Of a DNA stretch of 64,000 nucleotides, positions 61,956 to 64,000 are shown piece by piece; within the stretch, counting starts at the first letter, position 1, and each line of letters opens with the position of its first letter. The position numbers were made by a program, and so were the translations under genes. This DNA comes from a virus (taxonomy: Duplodnaviria > Caudoviricetes): the IMG/VR virus record IMGVR_UViG_3300033073_001153, positions 178,608 to 242,607 of that record, one strand, 5' to 3'. The notes beneath the pieces were generated by a model that saw only the letters and a list, made by a program, of their open reading frames with translations, did not search any database and was not told where the DNA came from.

Positions 61956-62216
61956 TTATTTAGTCTGTGATATGTTATTTTCTTCATTGTTTTGTGCTTT
62001 TTTATAAAAAAACTTTGCTCTACAAGAAACACAACAAAATTCTGAATTAATTCGTTTTGGTCTAGATTTCCAAGAAATTGGTCGAAAACACTCTTTACAT
62101 AGCTTAGGATCTAGTTCATAATTTAATTGTTTCTTAGATTTCCTATGTTTTGCAGTATGTCCTCCTAATTGTTTCAGACACTTAAATTCTTCATTGCATA
62201 CTTTACAAACATACAT
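61956..62216 (-). CDS. Small zinc-finger protein (C2H2 plus CxxC...CxxxC)
   Basis: CKVC-x12-HTAKH and PKLCKEC...FCCVSC. Confidence 0.65.
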   Translation of the reverse strand: MYVCKVCNEEFKCLKQLGGHTAKHRKSKKQLNYELDPKLCKECFRPISWKSRPKRINSEFCCVSCRAKFFYKKAQNNEENNISQTK

Positions 62217-62315
62217 ATCCTATGTTAACATTTATATAAAAATCTTCAACATATTTTAATTTTTCCAATAAAATTAGTAAAAAATTGAAACAATTCATAT
62301 GTATTTTTTTTAAAT

Positions 62316-62891
62316 TTACAATGGAAGTAAAACTGTTTCTATTCTACGAAATACAAATTCGAAAGTTGTTTCTATTTCCCCACCATCTCTGTAATTATAA
62401 CTAATTTCACCTAAAGAGATCGGAAAAGCTGATTTATATGTCCATTGAATCACATCATTATGATATTCATCTTTTGCAGTTATAGTAAAATCACTTGAAT
62501 ACTGTCCTAATCCTACGTTTTTTTCTTCTTCTGGATATTCATAGTATCCCCCACGTTCAGTTCTTAATAATTCTAGCCATTTGTGTATTACCCAATAATT
62601 TTTAAATTCATTATCTATAGTGAAATTAACACTTACTGGATCATAAGAAGGTTTATTATGTGAAGAAACATACACAGTACTTCCTGCATATCTGACTTCT
62701 TCTTGCGGAATAACATTTCTAGGAACCACTGTTCCATATATAGACATTTGAAGACTCTCTAAATTTAATTTAGAATTTTTTCTGTCTTCTTTCGAATTAG
62801 AATTTCTTAATGCTTCTGGTAGAAAAATAGTCAATACAAACTTATCTTTCCTAGATTTGTTTAATAATGACTGATCAAATACATTTCCCAT
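62316..62891 (-). CDS. gp3: Tail completion / tube terminator gp3-like
   Basis: YDPVSVNFTIDNEFKNY..IHKWL...AFPISLGEISY...F.F. Confidence 0.7.
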   Translation of the reverse strand: MGNVFDQSLLNKSRKDKFVLTIFLPEALRNSNSKEDRKNSKLNLESLQMSIYGTVVPRNVIPQEEVRYAGSTVYVSSHNKPSYDPVSVNFTIDNEFKNYWVIHKWLELLRTERGGYYEYPEEEKNVGLGQYSSDFTITAKDEYHNDVIQWTYKSAFPISLGEISYNYRDGGEIETTFEFVFRRIETVLLPL

Positions 62892-62899
62892 TTATATAT

Positions 62900-64000
62900 T
62901 TATGGAATTAGTGGTCTCCATCCTCCATTTATTAAATCATCCATATCTGTGTTATCTGAATTAATTCCGCCAAAAATCATAGGCATTGCATCTCCTCCAA
63001 TTCCATCTTTTTCGTTTGTGTATATAGATAATGGATTGCTGAAATATCTTATTCCATAATCCATCGTTTTTATCACACGAGGTTTGCCATATTCGTCTTT
63101 TTCTACTACATCAAAGTATACATTAACAAGATCTTCGTGTAATATCATAAGTGCCCAGACTAATGACATCACTCGGTCATCATGTGCTCCGTGTTTTGCT
63201 TCCCATTTTCCAGATTTTGTTTTAATAAAATCTTTCATCTCTAATACAGTATTAACATCATTTAATTGTACTGTTTTTACTGTATTAACCCAATATCTTT
63301 GATTCATTATACCATGATATCTTGTATTAGTATGAGAAATAATACCCAATACAGTAGACTTTCTACTAGCAACTCGATCCACACCCCAGTTTACTATATT
63401 ATCATACGAAAATTCTCTTTTAAGATTATCAACTACTTGTGCTCCACAGTTATTTCTTTCAATCATTGCTAATGGATCACCCCAGTGTTGTAATATTTCA
63501 CGTAATTTTGGTGTGAATTCAGTCGGTGATATTTTATTATTATGATATACTGCCACTTGTTTAATTCTAGTTGGTTCTGTAATATCTAATACTTGTACAA
63601 CAGAAGCATCTTTTCCAACACCTTCTGCTACATCTACTCCAGCTACATAAATTTTATCTGGATTTGGCTTTTCCCAAAAATGATAACAACCATCATCTAA
63701 TACATATAATGGTTGTAATGTTTGCTTACGCATATCGTCGAATAAAGTTTGATCAATTGCAGATTCACCTACTTCATCAAACTCGCAACAAAATTCACGA
63801 GAAAAAATCGAAGGGTCTCCCAATGCTGCTATTGTATCATTTTTCCATTTTTCATCTCTTCCGGGCACATCACTCCACAAAACTTTCATATTTGCCCAAT
63901 TATTTTCTCCTTTTACAGAAGCATCATAAAGTTGGTATAATAATCCCGAAGTGTCTTTTGGTGTAGATGCAATAATAATTTTAGCCTTTTTAGATGAAGA
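62900..64000 (-). CDS. gp17: Terminase large subunit gp17, C-terminal part (5' end outside the window)
   Basis: Frame open to the window end (KIIIASTP); WSDVPGRD, F.REF.CEF, GVDVAEGVGKDAS, IERNN and HDDRVMSL motifs. Confidence 0.95.
   Translation of the reverse strand, partial: SSSKKAKIIIASTPKDTSGLLYQLYDASVKGENNWANMKVLWSDVPGRDEKWKNDTIAALGDPSIFSREFCCEFDEVGESAIDQTLFDDMRKQTLQPLYVLDDGCYHFWEKPNPDKIYVAGVDVAEGVGKDASVVQVLDITEPTRIKQVAVYHNNKISPTEFTPKLREILQHWGDPLAMIERNNCGAQVVDNLKREFSYDNIVNWGVDRVASRKSTVLGIISHTNTRYHGIMNQRYWVNTVKTVQLNDVNTVLEMKDFIKTKSGKWEAKHGAHDDRVMSLVWALMILHEDLVNVYFDVVEKDEYGKPRVIKTMDYGIRYFSNPLSIYTNEKDGIGGDAMPMIFGGINSDNTDMDDLINGGWRPLIP

Noticed and set aside
60709-61963. Terminal inverted repeats (CTAAATA/TATTTAG) around tnpB
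   Set aside because: Only about 7 bp long and identical to the abundant promoter motif; IS200/IS605/IS607 elements lack TIRs.
5686-63966. Short ORFs antisense to long genes (e.g. 5686-5949, 19139-19546, 24528-24911, 49581-50099, 61469-61756, 63664-63966)
   Set aside because: These are shadow ORFs opposite well-supported genes, with no motifs or start signals.
1-64000. Stop-codon reassignment, as in some large phages
   Set aside because: Genes are long and densely packed in the standard code, and TAG and TGA end conserved genes such as gp19 (TAG) and the gp44 halves (TGA).
1-64000. tRNA or rRNA genes
   Set aside because: Intergenic gaps are short and AT-rich, and I saw no cloverleaf or rRNA-like sequence; tRNAscan-SE would confirm.

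Overview
This is a very AT-rich 64-kb segment of a large T4-like (myovirus, probably jumbo) phage genome in the standard genetic code. Positions 1-16257 (+ strand) hold a glycosyltransferase-like fragment, a sulfotransferase, and a cassette of paralogous, repeat-rich fibre or virion-surface proteins (G8-like/beta-helix, LamG). Positions 16254-64000 (mostly - strand) hold the tail morphogenesis region. Read right to left, it contains terminase gp17 (partial), gp3, sheath gp18, tube gp19, a gp54-like tube paralogue, gp26/gp51-like, tape-measure-like, gp48-like, gp53, gp27-like, a 3D-domain protein, gp25, gp6, large baseplate proteins, and tail-collar and Mtd_N/Ig/BNR fibres. A small island with dUTPase and the clamp loader interrupts this region. 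Four observations stand out. (1) The clamp loader gp44 is a fractured gene: two ORFs carry the N- and C-halves of a naturally split intein inserted at the Walker B motif, with a free-standing TnsA-like PD-(D/E)XK endonuclease between them. (2) A TAAATA late-promoter motif sits mostly 5-7 nt before about 24 start codons with no Shine-Dalgarno, which implies mostly leaderless late mRNAs. (3) An intact TnpB without TnpA, and a Hef-like endonuclease, flank the sheath gene, each with its own late-promoter motif. (4) An anthrax-lethal-factor-like HExxH metallopeptidase carries a capsid-targeting-like N-terminus. All assignments come from motif recognition by eye; no database searches were run.
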